DNA of 64,000 nucleotides from IMG/VR virus record IMGVR_UViG_3300021091_000001, positions 138,044 through 202,043 of that record. One strand, given 5' to 3'. This document shows positions 10,358-19,891 of the stretch, piece by piece (position 1 is the stretch's first letter; the number at the start of each line of letters is the position of its first letter). This stretch comes from a virus. Taxonomy: Duplodnaviria > Caudoviricetes. The position numbers and the translations under genes were made by a program. Below the pieces are notes generated by a model that worked only from the letters and a program-made list of their open reading frames with translations, was not told where the DNA came from and ran no database searches.

Positions 10358-10741
10358 TTATAAGTCTTGAGTAACAGAAAGTGTTACCGGGTCTAGTGAG
10401 TTATCCAAGATATGTACATCAAACCTTATTGTATTAGCTGAAGTTGGAACTGCTTCTATGCTAATATTTCTTCCTTTAAAAATTCCACCTTTTTCTGGAT
10501 TTTCTAAGGCAGACCTAACAATTCTTTTTCCTATTTCGCCAGTTGCAATAGTTTGTGGCATTCCATAAAGCACGGATAGGTCGCATCCCAACTGCGGGTA
10601 TGCGTAGAAGTCACCAGTTTCTGTCATTAATCTAATAAAAATTTGTTGTACATCTTTTTGACCAGAGCTTGATACAAGGGCTATGTCCCTGTTAGCAGAC
10701 AACATAATGTCTCCAGAAAGATCAAAATAAAAATCAGACAT
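10358..10741 (-). CDS. Baseplate wedge / sheath-initiator protein (gp25/GPW/XkdS-like)
   Basis: 127 aa; DIALVS...DVQQIFIRLMTETGDFYAYPQLGCDLSVLYG pattern; immediately upstream of the baseplate J gene. Confidence 0.75.
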   Translation of the reverse strand: MSDFYFDLSGDIMLSANRDIALVSSSGQKDVQQIFIRLMTETGDFYAYPQLGCDLSVLYGMPQTIATGEIGKRIVRSALENPEKGGIFKGRNISIEAVPTSANTIRFDVHILDNSLDPVTLSVTQDL

Positions 10742-10743
10742 AG

Positions 10744-11424
10744 CTATTCCATATCATTTTTTATCCAAGGAAAATTCTCTAAATTTTCAGGTAAATTATA
10801 GTCTTTATTTTTAACTTTATCTACTGCTTGACTAAAACTATAACCAGATTTAATGAGTGTTATCAATTTTTGGACATCTGAATCGGCGTTGGTTTTAGCA
10901 AAAGAGTCTATAAGTGTTTGAACATTTCCTGGAATGATTTTATCTCCGGATTCGCCAATAGACTGATCTATTTTATCCTGAGGTGCACCCAGTCCATATC
11001 TACCCTCTATAGTAACTGGTATATTAAGCTGAGGATCCTTTAGGTCTTCTAAATCATTTAAATATCTTACCGTATTATAATATGCTGGATTATTGGCAAA
11101 CTGTCCGGTTTTAATAAGGGCTGGCTCATTGTACATATCTGCAGCTGGATTAAAAGACATGCTATTCCACCTAAGTCCGTCATCCTCTCTTGAGTACATT
11201 TTAATTGAATCCGCAAAAATGGAAACACTTCTGGTGTTTGGATTAATTACAATTCCCACTCCTGGACAAGCAAATATTTCTATTTCCCCAGAATCAGCGA
11301 CTCTAATGAATGAACTATTATCTGGATGATTTAAACCCACTTCTCTATTGGAGAATTTCTTTCTTCTATTAATTTCGTAGGCTTCATCAAAGACGTCATT
11401 AATTTCTGGTATAGCTTTTTCCAT
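10744..11424 (-). CDS. Putative baseplate spike C-terminal/beta-strand-repeat protein
   Basis: Likely start ATG 11424 (MEKAIPE) after GAGG (track start is 11463). REVGLNHPDNSSFIRVADSGEIEIFA...GIVINPNTRSVSIFADSIK is a run of short beta strands as in gp5/gpV spikes. Position between OB-fold gene and gp25-like gene. Confidence 0.45.
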   Translation of the reverse strand: MEKAIPEINDVFDEAYEINRRKKFSNREVGLNHPDNSSFIRVADSGEIEIFACPGVGIVINPNTRSVSIFADSIKMYSREDDGLRWNSMSFNPAADMYNEPALIKTGQFANNPAYYNTVRYLNDLEDLKDPQLNIPVTIEGRYGLGAPQDKIDQSIGESGDKIIPGNVQTLIDSFAKTNADSDVQKLITLIKSGYSFSQAVDKVKNKDYNLPENLENFPWIKNDME

Positions 11425-11431
11425 TTTTTCC

Positions 11432-11797
11432 TCAAGACATGAACTTAGGTATTCCGGTATCAACGGAATTGTTTACAACATTTTTAAACCCTGAATTACT
11501 GTCATTAAAATAGCTTACAATATAAGGTTCTTTTTCCATTTCATCCCTAAACATAACATAGCACCTTGTACCTGGTGAAGGAGAAACTGTTTGAATACCA
11601 TAGTAAAATGGACATGGTACATTTGTCATCATTTCTCCTATGTTGTTTGAATACTTTTCGTCCAAAACTATTGTTGCAGTATTATTATCTATATTATATG
11701 ACATTATTGTTGCTGGTCTTGTCTTTGATTGTCTAAATCTTGAATTTGTTATTTGATCATTTATTTTTTGATCAAATTTAGGATAATTAATCGGCAT
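11432..11797 (-). CDS. Baseplate spike N-terminal OB-fold protein (gpV/gp5-N-like)
   Basis: Likely start ATG 11797 (MPINYPKF) after GGGAGG. RPATIMSYNIDNNTATIVL...NVPCPFYYGIQTVSPSPGTRCYVMF is the gpV-type OB-fold pattern. Confidence 0.6.
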   Translation of the reverse strand: MPINYPKFDQKINDQITNSRFRQSKTRPATIMSYNIDNNTATIVLDEKYSNNIGEMMTNVPCPFYYGIQTVSPSPGTRCYVMFRDEMEKEPYIVSYFNDSNSGFKNVVNNSVDTGIPKFMS

Positions 11798-11807
11798 GAT
11801 GCCTCCC

Positions 11808-13430
11808 TTATACCGTTGTTCCATCCCACTTAAATACTTCGCCATCAATCCATCTATCTAAATATGGATCAATTAATACACCATTTGAAACTTGACCTTT
11901 AAAAGTTTTTAATAACCAAGAGTCAAATCTAGTTTTAGGAAAACCACTGTTTTGCGTATACGTATCTATAGCTGTTTTATATTTTAGATATCCAAAACAC
12001 CAAACAACAGAGCTTTTTTTATAACCACCCCATGGCCTAAACATGTCAGATGTAAGTTTTATTTTAGTTTTATTCTTTATATTTTTTGAGGCAGTTACGG
12101 GAGCATTGGCTACATATGCTAAAGAAAATGCTTGATTATATGGGATGAATAACCTTGGATCTGTTGTGCTCCTATTGGCTAATTCAAGAACCTTTTTCTC
12201 TAAACTAGAAGGATCAGAGTCATCGTCTATGCTGTAAGCTAGTTTGAAGCCTAAAACATTATCTTCTGTTGGAGAAATCAAATAAAATGTTTTACGTCCG
12301 TGAGCTCCCGGTAGTAGATTACATTGGAAGAAGCCAAAAGAAAAATCTCCATCTCCATTGTCTTTATTCTCATTTAAGCCTCCTGGTCTAGGTGATTCTC
12401 TTTCTGCTATACACGCAAATAAAGCTGCTGTTTCTTCATCCCATATTCCAGAACCAACTAAAACATTATATATTTCATCAACAGTAAAGACTGTATTAAG
12501 ATCATCTTTATAGGATTTTTTAAATTTATCAACACTAGCTGCTGCACCAGCTGCTCCTGTTGAAACACTAGGTCCACCGACTATCTCTGCTGCAATTTCT
12601 GGAGAAATAAAACTTCCTGCTCTTTGTGGACCAAAGCTTATGTGGATATGATTTCTGTGTGCAGCATCTGCATAAAAATTTACATGAGGAGCAAGTCCTG
12701 GATACTTTTTCCTTATGGGAGTACTTAGTCCTTCGGGACCTTCTGTAATCCCCATCTCTGCTCTTAGATCTTGACTGATTGTGATTAAATCTGGATGAAG
12801 ATCGTGAGGAACGGTTTGAAGCTGGCTAAGCAAGATATCTAATGCCATTATGTATTCTTGCTTTGTTGCTACTTTTCCAGTATTCATTCCCAGCTTAATT
12901 CCTTGCTCTTTGGACATTCCAACTGCTCCAATATCAAATGCTCGACCAAAAGCATGATCAGTCACTCCATTGACAGTTGTTGAAAGTTGCTGATAATTAG
13001 CACCAAGAAGTGGTCTATCTCCTTGGTCTCCCTCTATATACATTTTATCTGTTAGTCTCAATAATAGCTCAATCAAAGCTGCAGAGACTTTACATGTTCT
13101 TACTCCAGAACCAAAATGATTATTTAGTTTTACTTTGTTAAATGCTTCAGTCTCATTTTTATATGTTGTGCTTTGATATACATCAAATTTTATTGATTTT
13201 AAATCTTGTACGACCTCTTTGTACTTTGCTGTATCAAAATTAATTGATACATCTCTAATTGACCCACCAAAATTCTTTTTATTATTTAATAAATTTATTT
13301 TTTCAATATAGATTTTTTTTTCTTGATCACTTAATTGATCTACAAAAGCTATATCTCTAGAACCGCCATTGAATACCTGAGCATCGGAGTATGGAGTATA
13401 ACCCTTTAAGCTATGCTGAAGCTTAGTTCC
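11808..13430 (-). CDS. Tail-associated peptidoglycan hydrolase segment: M15-type Zn peptidase plus SLT/lysozyme-like transglycosylase (continues from 13423-13968 by a +1 shift)
   Basis: Frame is open from 13430 (GTKLQHSLKGY...), 354 nt upstream of the track start, which fills the apparent gap. DHAFGRAFDI and HRNHIHISF give the H-x6-D...HxH M15 signature. ACIAERES...NENK...SFGFFQCN is SLT-like with catalytic Glu. Confidence 0.75.
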   Translation of the reverse strand, partial: GTKLQHSLKGYTPYSDAQVFNGGSRDIAFVDQLSDQEKKIYIEKINLLNNKKNFGGSIRDVSINFDTAKYKEVVQDLKSIKFDVYQSTTYKNETEAFNKVKLNNHFGSGVRTCKVSAALIELLLRLTDKMYIEGDQGDRPLLGANYQQLSTTVNGVTDHAFGRAFDIGAVGMSKEQGIKLGMNTGKVATKQEYIMALDILLSQLQTVPHDLHPDLITISQDLRAEMGITEGPEGLSTPIRKKYPGLAPHVNFYADAAHRNHIHISFGPQRAGSFISPEIAAEIVGGPSVSTGAAGAAASVDKFKKSYKDDLNTVFTVDEIYNVLVGSGIWDEETAALFACIAERESPRPGGLNENKDNGDGDFSFGFFQCNLLPGAHGRKTFYLISPTEDNVLGFKLAYSIDDDSDPSSLEKKVLELANRSTTDPRLFIPYNQAFSLAYVANAPVTASKNIKNKTKIKLTSDMFRPWGGYKKSSVVWCFGYLKYKTAIDTYTQNSGFPKTRFDSWLLKTFKGQVSNGVLIDPYLDRWIDGEVFKWDGTTV

Positions 13431-13968
13431 GTTGGTCAGTAGTCACTGTTGCAGTTGTGCTATTATTTGCTGCTGAACCTTCAGCAGTAATCATATCAGT
13501 ACCCGTCTTTGATGCGATTAGATCTTGCATAGTTGTAGCAAATCCACCAGGAGCATAACCAGTTAACAAAAAAGAATCCTTTAATATGTGCTGCCTAGCG
13601 TCTGCTCCGCTTAAAAACTTTTTCTCCGGATCATTTGGATCAGCATTTGGATCAGGAATCTTTATACTATCATCTATATCTCCAGCCATTGCTATAATTC
13701 CATGCAGGGATGACTGCACATTCTGTATATACCCATTTATAGCAAATCCTGGATTTCTATATATTCCATCACCTTGAAGAATTTTTACAGGATCTGCAGA
13801 AGTTAAACTTCTTCCAGAAGTATCATCAACAGATTGTGTTGTATTTTTATAAACCTCTACGCCGTTTGGGTAGAATGTTTCTCCTATTCTTTGCGTTATT
13901 GACTGAGAGTTGTTTAGATCATCTAAGTCAAGACTAAAATCAGAGGACACGACCAGACCCACTTCCAA
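13423..13968 (-). CDS. Linker segment of the tail lysin/hub protein (5' part of 11808-13430; possibly also joined to 13940-19891)
   Basis: Only a TTG start without a clear RBS. Ends CAA CGG AAC TAA with an in-frame CGG-A one codon before the stop. Confidence 0.6.
   Translation of the reverse strand: MEVGLVVSSDFSLDLDDLNNSQSITQRIGETFYPNGVEVYKNTTQSVDDTSGRSLTSADPVKILQGDGIYRNPGFAINGYIQNVQSSLHGIIAMAGDIDDSIKIPDPNADPNDPEKKFLSGADARQHILKDSFLLTGYAPGGFATTMQDLIASKTGTDMITAEGSAANNSTTATVTTDQRN
13428..13431 (-). other. +1 frame-change site 2 (CAA CGG A)
   Basis: ACT GAC CAA CGG AAC TAA. Skipping the C gives CAA GGA ACT AAG CTT CAG CAT, open to 11808. Confidence 0.8.
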
Positions 13969-16900
13969 CAGATTCTCTCGATTCAGTTATATTTGTTTCA
14001 ACTCTTACAAGCCTTGGAATTTGATCTCTAGCGCCAATAACAGATCGCGGATTATTGTACTTTATTCCATCCATATAAACCTTTGCTAATCCATTAATAA
14101 CTAGTTCCCAGTTGAGAGTAATTGGACTTCCATCCTCATAGTACTCATCCCAAGAAATTATTGGCCATTCAGATGCTTTTTGATACATCTGATTTGTCAA
14201 AAGAATATTCATCAAAATATTGAAGTTCCTTATTTCAACTTCAGATAATTGCGAATCACCAGAAGCTAATGGATCCTCCTGACCAGTTGCTGAGAAATGC
14301 TCTAGTAAGTCAGACATTGAATCCAGTGCGGCATACAGTTGCTTAAAATAGACAAAAGATGGAGATTCTGGATATAACATCTTTTTAACATCCTGCTTTA
14401 TTGTCTCATTAAAATCTTGAACAAACTGATTATTCCTCTGCCTTAAGAATAAACCTCTTAATTCATTATATAGTTTATCATAAGTATTTGAACTAACTCT
14501 GCAAAATACTGTAGACATATATCTATCTTCTGAATATGTTTGACCAGAACTCTTATATGCTATAGCATAATTTTCTGGTCTGTTTTGTTCTGAACCTGGC
14601 TCGTACGCATCTTCTACTGGTATCACCATAGAGGGATCTTTTGGATTTGTTCTCAAAACGATAAGTTTACCCTTCACTGCTTCTTGAACAAATCTTAATG
14701 CTTTTCCAGCAGAAGAATTTTCGTTGACTATAGCTGTTTTAAAAGAATCTGTTCCTGTAGCAGCACCAACGTTCATCTTTGCCAATTCAGATGTGTCTAT
14801 TCCTTCAAATCTGACTGTATATCTGATTGGATTTGATGTTCCAGAACTCAATATGTCTTCTACTTCAAATGTATCACCGTCTTTAACGTGAACAACTTTT
14901 ACAATTGATTTAAAATATTCATTTAAGGCTGTTTTCTCTGGACCTATTCCAGAATATTTTAATATTTGAGAATGAACAATGGCATTCTCTAAACTAATAT
15001 AACGAACAAGATTGCCTATTTCCTTTTCTTTCCAGCCAAAACTCTTGAAGATATCATCTGCTCTAATATACATGTTGCCCTCTGATGATCTGACAAAAGA
15101 TCTTGTACCGAGAATTCCAGGAAGAAGTTTCTTTGAATGATATCTACCAACCACCATTCCTTGATTAAAAGAAAGCCCTGCATCCATCGGCTGACCATTC
15201 TTATTTAGGTATTGAATATAGCAACCGTGTTGATCAAGTACATTGTCCCTGATCTTTTTCCATCCACCCCACACACCATCACTAGCAAGAGCCATCACTC
15301 CAGCTGTAACTCCAGTTCGAAAAGCCCCACTTGCCAACGCTGAAGTTGCTGCTGCAGCTGCAGGAGCACCCGCTCCCATTGTTAGAATTCCAACAGCAGC
15401 TGTCACGCCAACGGTTATTGCAGGCATGCCTAGTGCAGAAAACACTGCCATCCCCATAGATCCATGCTGTTTACCAGTATTTTGTCTTATTAAGGCTTCC
15501 ATTCTTTGCTTTGTATCTGGAATTGATTCTGCTAATTGATTTGCAACAATATCTTTGACAAGTGCAGAATGTCCATGAGTATACTGAACTGCTCCAGTTA
15601 ACTGTGTTCTCAATCCTTCTGATATCTTGTTGAGAGAAACGTCTCCGTTTGTTGTTAAGATGTTATTATTTGAAGCTGCAGATAACATGAGTCTTGTATT
15701 ATTTCTTAAGTCCTGCATACTAAAATGAGATGCGATCCAAGAAGACATGAACCATCTTGATGGATCATTTACGGATACAAATGCGTTTGGAGTTATAGAT
15801 GTAACAAATCCCATTTGTGGAGTGAAGTGATGTACAACTTGTTCTACTTCAAAAATTCCGTACATTCTTTCGTAAACATCAGCTAAATAAACCAAGTCAA
15901 ATGGTCTTATGTCGGCATTACCGATAATAAGAAGTTCTCCACCATATATATCTTTAAGTGATTCTCTTAGATAAGAGAGTGCTACTCTTTTTGCGGTAAT
16001 TTCATCTGGTTCTCCAGCTGCGCTCTTTGCTATTCCTCTAATTGTTTCCAGAGGATGCATAAGGGGATGTAAAAATCCGGTTATTCCAGAACCCTTTAGA
16101 TTATCAAAATAAATACCAGTCTCTACTGTTTTCTCAACTTGTCTTTCTGGCGGAGCAGCTTTGTCTAAAGCCACAGTAACTGGATATTTCCCATCTGATA
16201 CAGCAGTAATTTGAGTTGCAACTCCTCCAATATTTTCTTTAATATTATTAGAAATAATGTGAGAGAAAGAACTGATATAATGCATTCTTTGAAACGGCTC
16301 TCTTACTTCTACAACTGGTTCGCCATACTCTCTTGTAAATGGATTGTCTACTGCTCTAAGAAGAGAGCCAGGTCTACCAAGAGAATAATAAATTGAATCA
16401 TTATATGCTTTATTGAGTATGTTAGCCTGTTGAGTAAAATTCTCCAACTGAGAAAGACCATATCCAAGTTGTTGCATGGATATCTGGAACATGTTTAATA
16501 GGCCGCCTAGCGAAGACTTAAAAGCTGAAAATATTGGGCCTATATTTCTATCCCAGAAAGAACCAAGGTCTGATTTTAATCCAGTAAGATAATTTGTTGC
16601 ACTATTTCCTTCTTTTGCATTCTTCTGCAAAAGTTTTTTAAATGCGTTATCATCACTGGCATAGTTCACATTGTAGTCAATAAAAGCCTGCCATATTTTA
16701 TCTACTGGTCTAAAACTCCATGCTTCCTCATGATCTATTGAAAGTTCTGCAGCGGCTCCAGCTGCAATTGAAAGACCAGCAGTAAATGGTGCAGCAAGAA
16801 GGCCAAGACCAAAAGCTCCACCTTCCTTTTTTCTGTCTGGTCTTAGCACTAACCATGCTCTTGAGTATGGATCAGACCACATTTTTTGTCTAAAAATTCC

Positions 16901-19891
16901 AACCATAAAAAGGAATAATTGTTTTGGACTCTTTATTTGAGATAAATAATCATCAATGTCTTCTTCAGTTATATCACTGATAGCTTCTGGATTTCGAAAT
17001 CTCATTGCATCCCATTTTTTATTAACAGAATTAGTTTCAGCAGATGAGTATTTCGATTGAATCTCTTGTGTAGTTACGTCAGTCGAGGTTGCATTTGACA
17101 CTGCAGATTTATATTCTTTTTGTTGTTCTTTCTTATTGTAGTTATATAGATAGGTATATTGTCTGACCATATTTCTTATATTAGAAACTTTTTTGTATAT
17201 TAAAAAATTGAAGGTGTCTGTAAGGCCCTTCTCTTCATTCAAGATTGGTTTTTCTGACTCGTTGTATCCATCGAATCCAGCATTAATGTATTCTTTAACA
17301 GCTATATCAACTACTTCTTTTCTCTGCTGTGGATCTCTACTGCCTTCAAACCAGTCTGGTCCAAGTATTGCTGAAAAATCTCTTGTTGAGTTAGAGATTA
17401 AATAGTCATCAATTGTTTTTTTTGACTTTGAAGTAATAATACTAAAAAGTGGATCAGATGATTCTGAATCATCATCTGGATCTAGATTATACATTTGCTG
17501 CCATATATTTTTTACAGAATCATAATTGTGATAGCCAGTTCTAAACTGGTCCCATATTCCTTGGGCTTGACCAATTGTTCTGCCATTGCCAGCAATTACT
17601 TTTATTTCTGAATCAAACTTTTCATCAAAAAATGCTCTAGCCTGTATTGATACAGGATTATCTGCTGTATATACAGCGGCAAATTGCTCCCTATAATTAC
17701 CAGCATTCTTAGCATCTGCGTCTTTTTCTAGAATATCTTTTAGATTATCTTGCTCTAGATTTGAAAGATTATCATCAAAAATTTCAGAGAAGTAAGCTTT
17801 ATAATTTCCACCATTATTCTGATCTCTCTTAAGAGCATCAGATGATCTGAGAAATAGTGACTCATCTGGAGTATAGATGAAAGACGGTCTTAGTCCTCCT
17901 CTTATCCCAGATCTAGTTTCACCTACAAATTCTCCCGCAACTGCAACAAGATCTCCCTCTTCCAGAGTTTGAAGATCTGTTTTCCCTTCTTTTCTATATA
18001 CGCCAAATCCTATTAAGTTTGGCTGATAGCTCCCAAATGGACCAGTAGGAGTTCTTCTGCTTGCGCTAAATTCTTGAACAGGATTGACTGCAGTGGTCAC
18101 TACTCCTAATGGAACTGAGTCAGAAACAAAAGTGAAATAACACTCAGGTTGACCAAGAGTAGATGGATCTCCCATTTTTTCTTTAAAGTCAGCTGTAGTC
18201 TTCATTGGAATAGTATCTAGAATGTCTTCATTGTCTGAAACTTCACCAAATGGATCTGAGCCACTAAGAGGAAAATTAATTTTTCCTTCATCGTTTATAA
18301 TAATTTCTTCTAAGAAATACGCAGCGTCTGGAGATACTATTGCATCTACATCTATATTCTCTCCCCACATAAAATATGCAGGAGCGCAAACAACTGCTCT
18401 TTTAGTGTTTGGATTATATACTAAGACTTTTCTTCTCTTATAGTCTGATACGTTACCATACAAATCGCTATCGCTAAAGCCATATCTTTTCTTAAACATT
18501 TCTCTCATTTTACTATTGTCTTCGCCTGCTTTATAGGGCCATCTCATAGCAATATAGAATTGTTCGTGTTCTGCGTCTATTGGCATGCCCCACTCTTGAA
18601 AATCAAGACGTTGTTTCTCATCTGAAATATATGCGTCTTCATAAGCTGGGTCTAAATCTTGATAGACTTCAGAATAGCCTTTCGTAAAAGATATTTTTGC
18701 TTCTGATTCACCCTGGGAATTTTTATTATACGATATACTAGTTCCCTCTGAACCTTGTATAAATACTGGTAGCGGCATTGTTACTAGCAAGCTTGCCTCT
18801 ACTCCAGATCTGGTAGTACTAGGTCTTAGTCCTGATGGATCGAATGCAGCGCTTTGTGCAGTAAAATAATCTCCACCTATTAATTTTAACTTTGATGCAA
18901 ATGAAAAATTAAAGTCTAGAGACTTTTCATCACCTTTAGTTGTAACAAGAGATGTGTCTTTTCCATCACCTTTTTGATCAATCATCTGTTTTTCAATCAA
19001 TGCAACGTCTACAATATTCGACATTGATCTTTGAATGTCATCTATATCTTCTATTCTTAGAATTTTATCTAAGTCAAGAGAAGGAAGAGTTCCACTTATT
19101 CTATCGGTAAAAAACGGATAACTATATCTGATAGGAAGCTGTGGAACCTGTTTGTGATCATCTTGAATTTCTCTTACAATACCACCAGAACCAAAAGGTA
19201 AGTGAAAACCAACTTGTACTTTACCTTTATTTTTAGGAAGCACTGAAACAACTTCTACATTTCCAGTATCTTTAAATAAATTTATTCTTGAGTAATACTT
19301 TAATCTTTCTGGATCTTCAAGATCTATTACCGTACCACCAAGTCCTCCAGAAGAAGATTCAGCACTGGGTTTAAAAATTCCTCCGTACTCTGACATGTCC
19401 TTTGCAAAAGAAGCTAATGTATCAGACATTGGAGACTCTTTAAGCTGCAGAGCGGCTGCAGCATCTCCTAGTGGAGATGTTTCTTTATTAATAGAATTAA
19501 GTATTGACTTGAGATCATCATCAGCTTTAATGTAACCTGGAATATTAACTCCATCTTTTTGCGCTTGCTCTTCTGATGGGAAGCCAGTTGAAATCGGAAC
19601 TACACCAGATGTATACAGCCAATGTGGTTTTCCATAAAATATTGTTGATCTATCTTCAAATGGTCTAACTGCAACTATATAGTTTGGAAGAAGTCTTGCA
19701 CATAGCTGAAACATATCCCATACTGATCTCATGTAGGTTTGTGCTCTAAATGAAACTTCATCATAAATATCATCATCTGTATTATTTAATAGTCCCATAG
19801 TCGAAAACAGATTCTTGAATCCTCTGCCCGATAGAGTTTTTAAAAGCTTAGTTCCTAAAATAGCTCCACCTGTAGCCATTCCTATTGGTCC
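13940..19891 (-). CDS. Giant baseplate hub/tail-tip protein, third segment: gpD/gp27-like hub C-terminal part, hydrophobic Gly/Ala helices and a staphylococcal-nuclease (SNase)-like domain
   Basis: GELLIIGNADIRPFDLVYLAD...GIFEVEQVVHHFTPQMGFVTSIT is the hub-type C-terminal motif. VKVVHVKDGDTFEV...VRFEGIDTSE is SNase-like. Two long Gly/Ala-rich hydrophobic stretches. Confidence 0.65.
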   Translation of the reverse strand, partial: GPIGMATGGAILGTKLLKTLSGRGFKNLFSTMGLLNNTDDDIYDEVSFRAQTYMRSVWDMFQLCARLLPNYIVAVRPFEDRSTIFYGKPHWLYTSGVVPISTGFPSEEQAQKDGVNIPGYIKADDDLKSILNSINKETSPLGDAAAALQLKESPMSDTLASFAKDMSEYGGIFKPSAESSSGGLGGTVIDLEDPERLKYYSRINLFKDTGNVEVVSVLPKNKGKVQVGFHLPFGSGGIVREIQDDHKQVPQLPIRYSYPFFTDRISGTLPSLDLDKILRIEDIDDIQRSMSNIVDVALIEKQMIDQKGDGKDTSLVTTKGDEKSLDFNFSFASKLKLIGGDYFTAQSAAFDPSGLRPSTTRSGVEASLLVTMPLPVFIQGSEGTSISYNKNSQGESEAKISFTKGYSEVYQDLDPAYEDAYISDEKQRLDFQEWGMPIDAEHEQFYIAMRWPYKAGEDNSKMREMFKKRYGFSDSDLYGNVSDYKRRKVLVYNPNTKRAVVCAPAYFMWGENIDVDAIVSPDAAYFLEEIIINDEGKINFPLSGSDPFGEVSDNEDILDTIPMKTTADFKEKMGDPSTLGQPECYFTFVSDSVPLGVVTTAVNPVQEFSASRRTPTGPFGSYQPNLIGFGVYRKEGKTDLQTLEEGDLVAVAGEFVGETRSGIRGGLRPSFIYTPDESLFLRSSDALKRDQNNGGNYKAYFSEIFDDNLSNLEQDNLKDILEKDADAKNAGNYREQFAAVYTADNPVSIQARAFFDEKFDSEIKVIAGNGRTIGQAQGIWDQFRTGYHNYDSVKNIWQQMYNLDPDDDSESSDPLFSIITSKSKKTIDDYLISNSTRDFSAILGPDWFEGSRDPQQRKEVVDIAVKEYINAGFDGYNESEKPILNEEKGLTDTFNFLIYKKVSNIRNMVRQYTYLYNYNKKEQQKEYKSAVSNATSTDVTTQEIQSKYSSAETNSVNKKWDAMRFRNPEAISDITEEDIDDYLSQIKSPKQLFLFMVGIFRQKMWSDPYSRAWLVLRPDRKKEGGAFGLGLLAAPFTAGLSIAAGAAAELSIDHEEAWSFRPVDKIWQAFIDYNVNYASDDNAFKKLLQKNAKEGNSATNYLTGLKSDLGSFWDRNIGPIFSAFKSSLGGLLNMFQISMQQLGYGLSQLENFTQQANILNKAYNDSIYYSLGRPGSLLRAVDNPFTREYGEPVVEVREPFQRMHYISSFSHIISNNIKENIGGVATQITAVSDGKYPVTVALDKAAPPERQVEKTVETGIYFDNLKGSGITGFLHPLMHPLETIRGIAKSAAGEPDEITAKRVALSYLRESLKDIYGGELLIIGNADIRPFDLVYLADVYERMYGIFEVEQVVHHFTPQMGFVTSITPNAFVSVNDPSRWFMSSWIASHFSMQDLRNNTRLMLSAASNNNILTTNGDVSLNKISEGLRTQLTGAVQYTHGHSALVKDIVANQLAESIPDTKQRMEALIRQNTGKQHGSMGMAVFSALGMPAITVGVTAAVGILTMGAGAPAAAAATSALASGAFRTGVTAGVMALASDGVWGGWKKIRDNVLDQHGCYIQYLNKNGQPMDAGLSFNQGMVVGRYHSKKLLPGILGTRSFVRSSEGNMYIRADDIFKSFGWKEKEIGNLVRYISLENAIVHSQILKYSGIGPEKTALNEYFKSIVKVVHVKDGDTFEVEDILSSGTSNPIRYTVRFEGIDTSELAKMNVGAATGTDSFKTAIVNENSSAGKALRFVQEAVKGKLIVLRTNPKDPSMVIPVEDAYEPGSEQNRPENYAIAYKSSGQTYSEDRYMSTVFCRVSSNTYDKLYNELRGLFLRQRNNQFVQDFNETIKQDVKKMLYPESPSFVYFKQLYAALDSMSDLLEHFSATGQEDPLASGDSQLSEVEIRNFNILMNILLTNQMYQKASEWPIISWDEYYEDGSPITLNWELVINGLAKVYMDGIKYNNPRSVIGARDQIPRLVRVETNITESRESVGSGSGRVL

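Noticed and set aside
10744-11848. Overlaps 11808-11848 and 11432-11463 as frameshift junctions
   Set aside because: They disappear when the RBS-supported starts at 11797 and 11424 are used.
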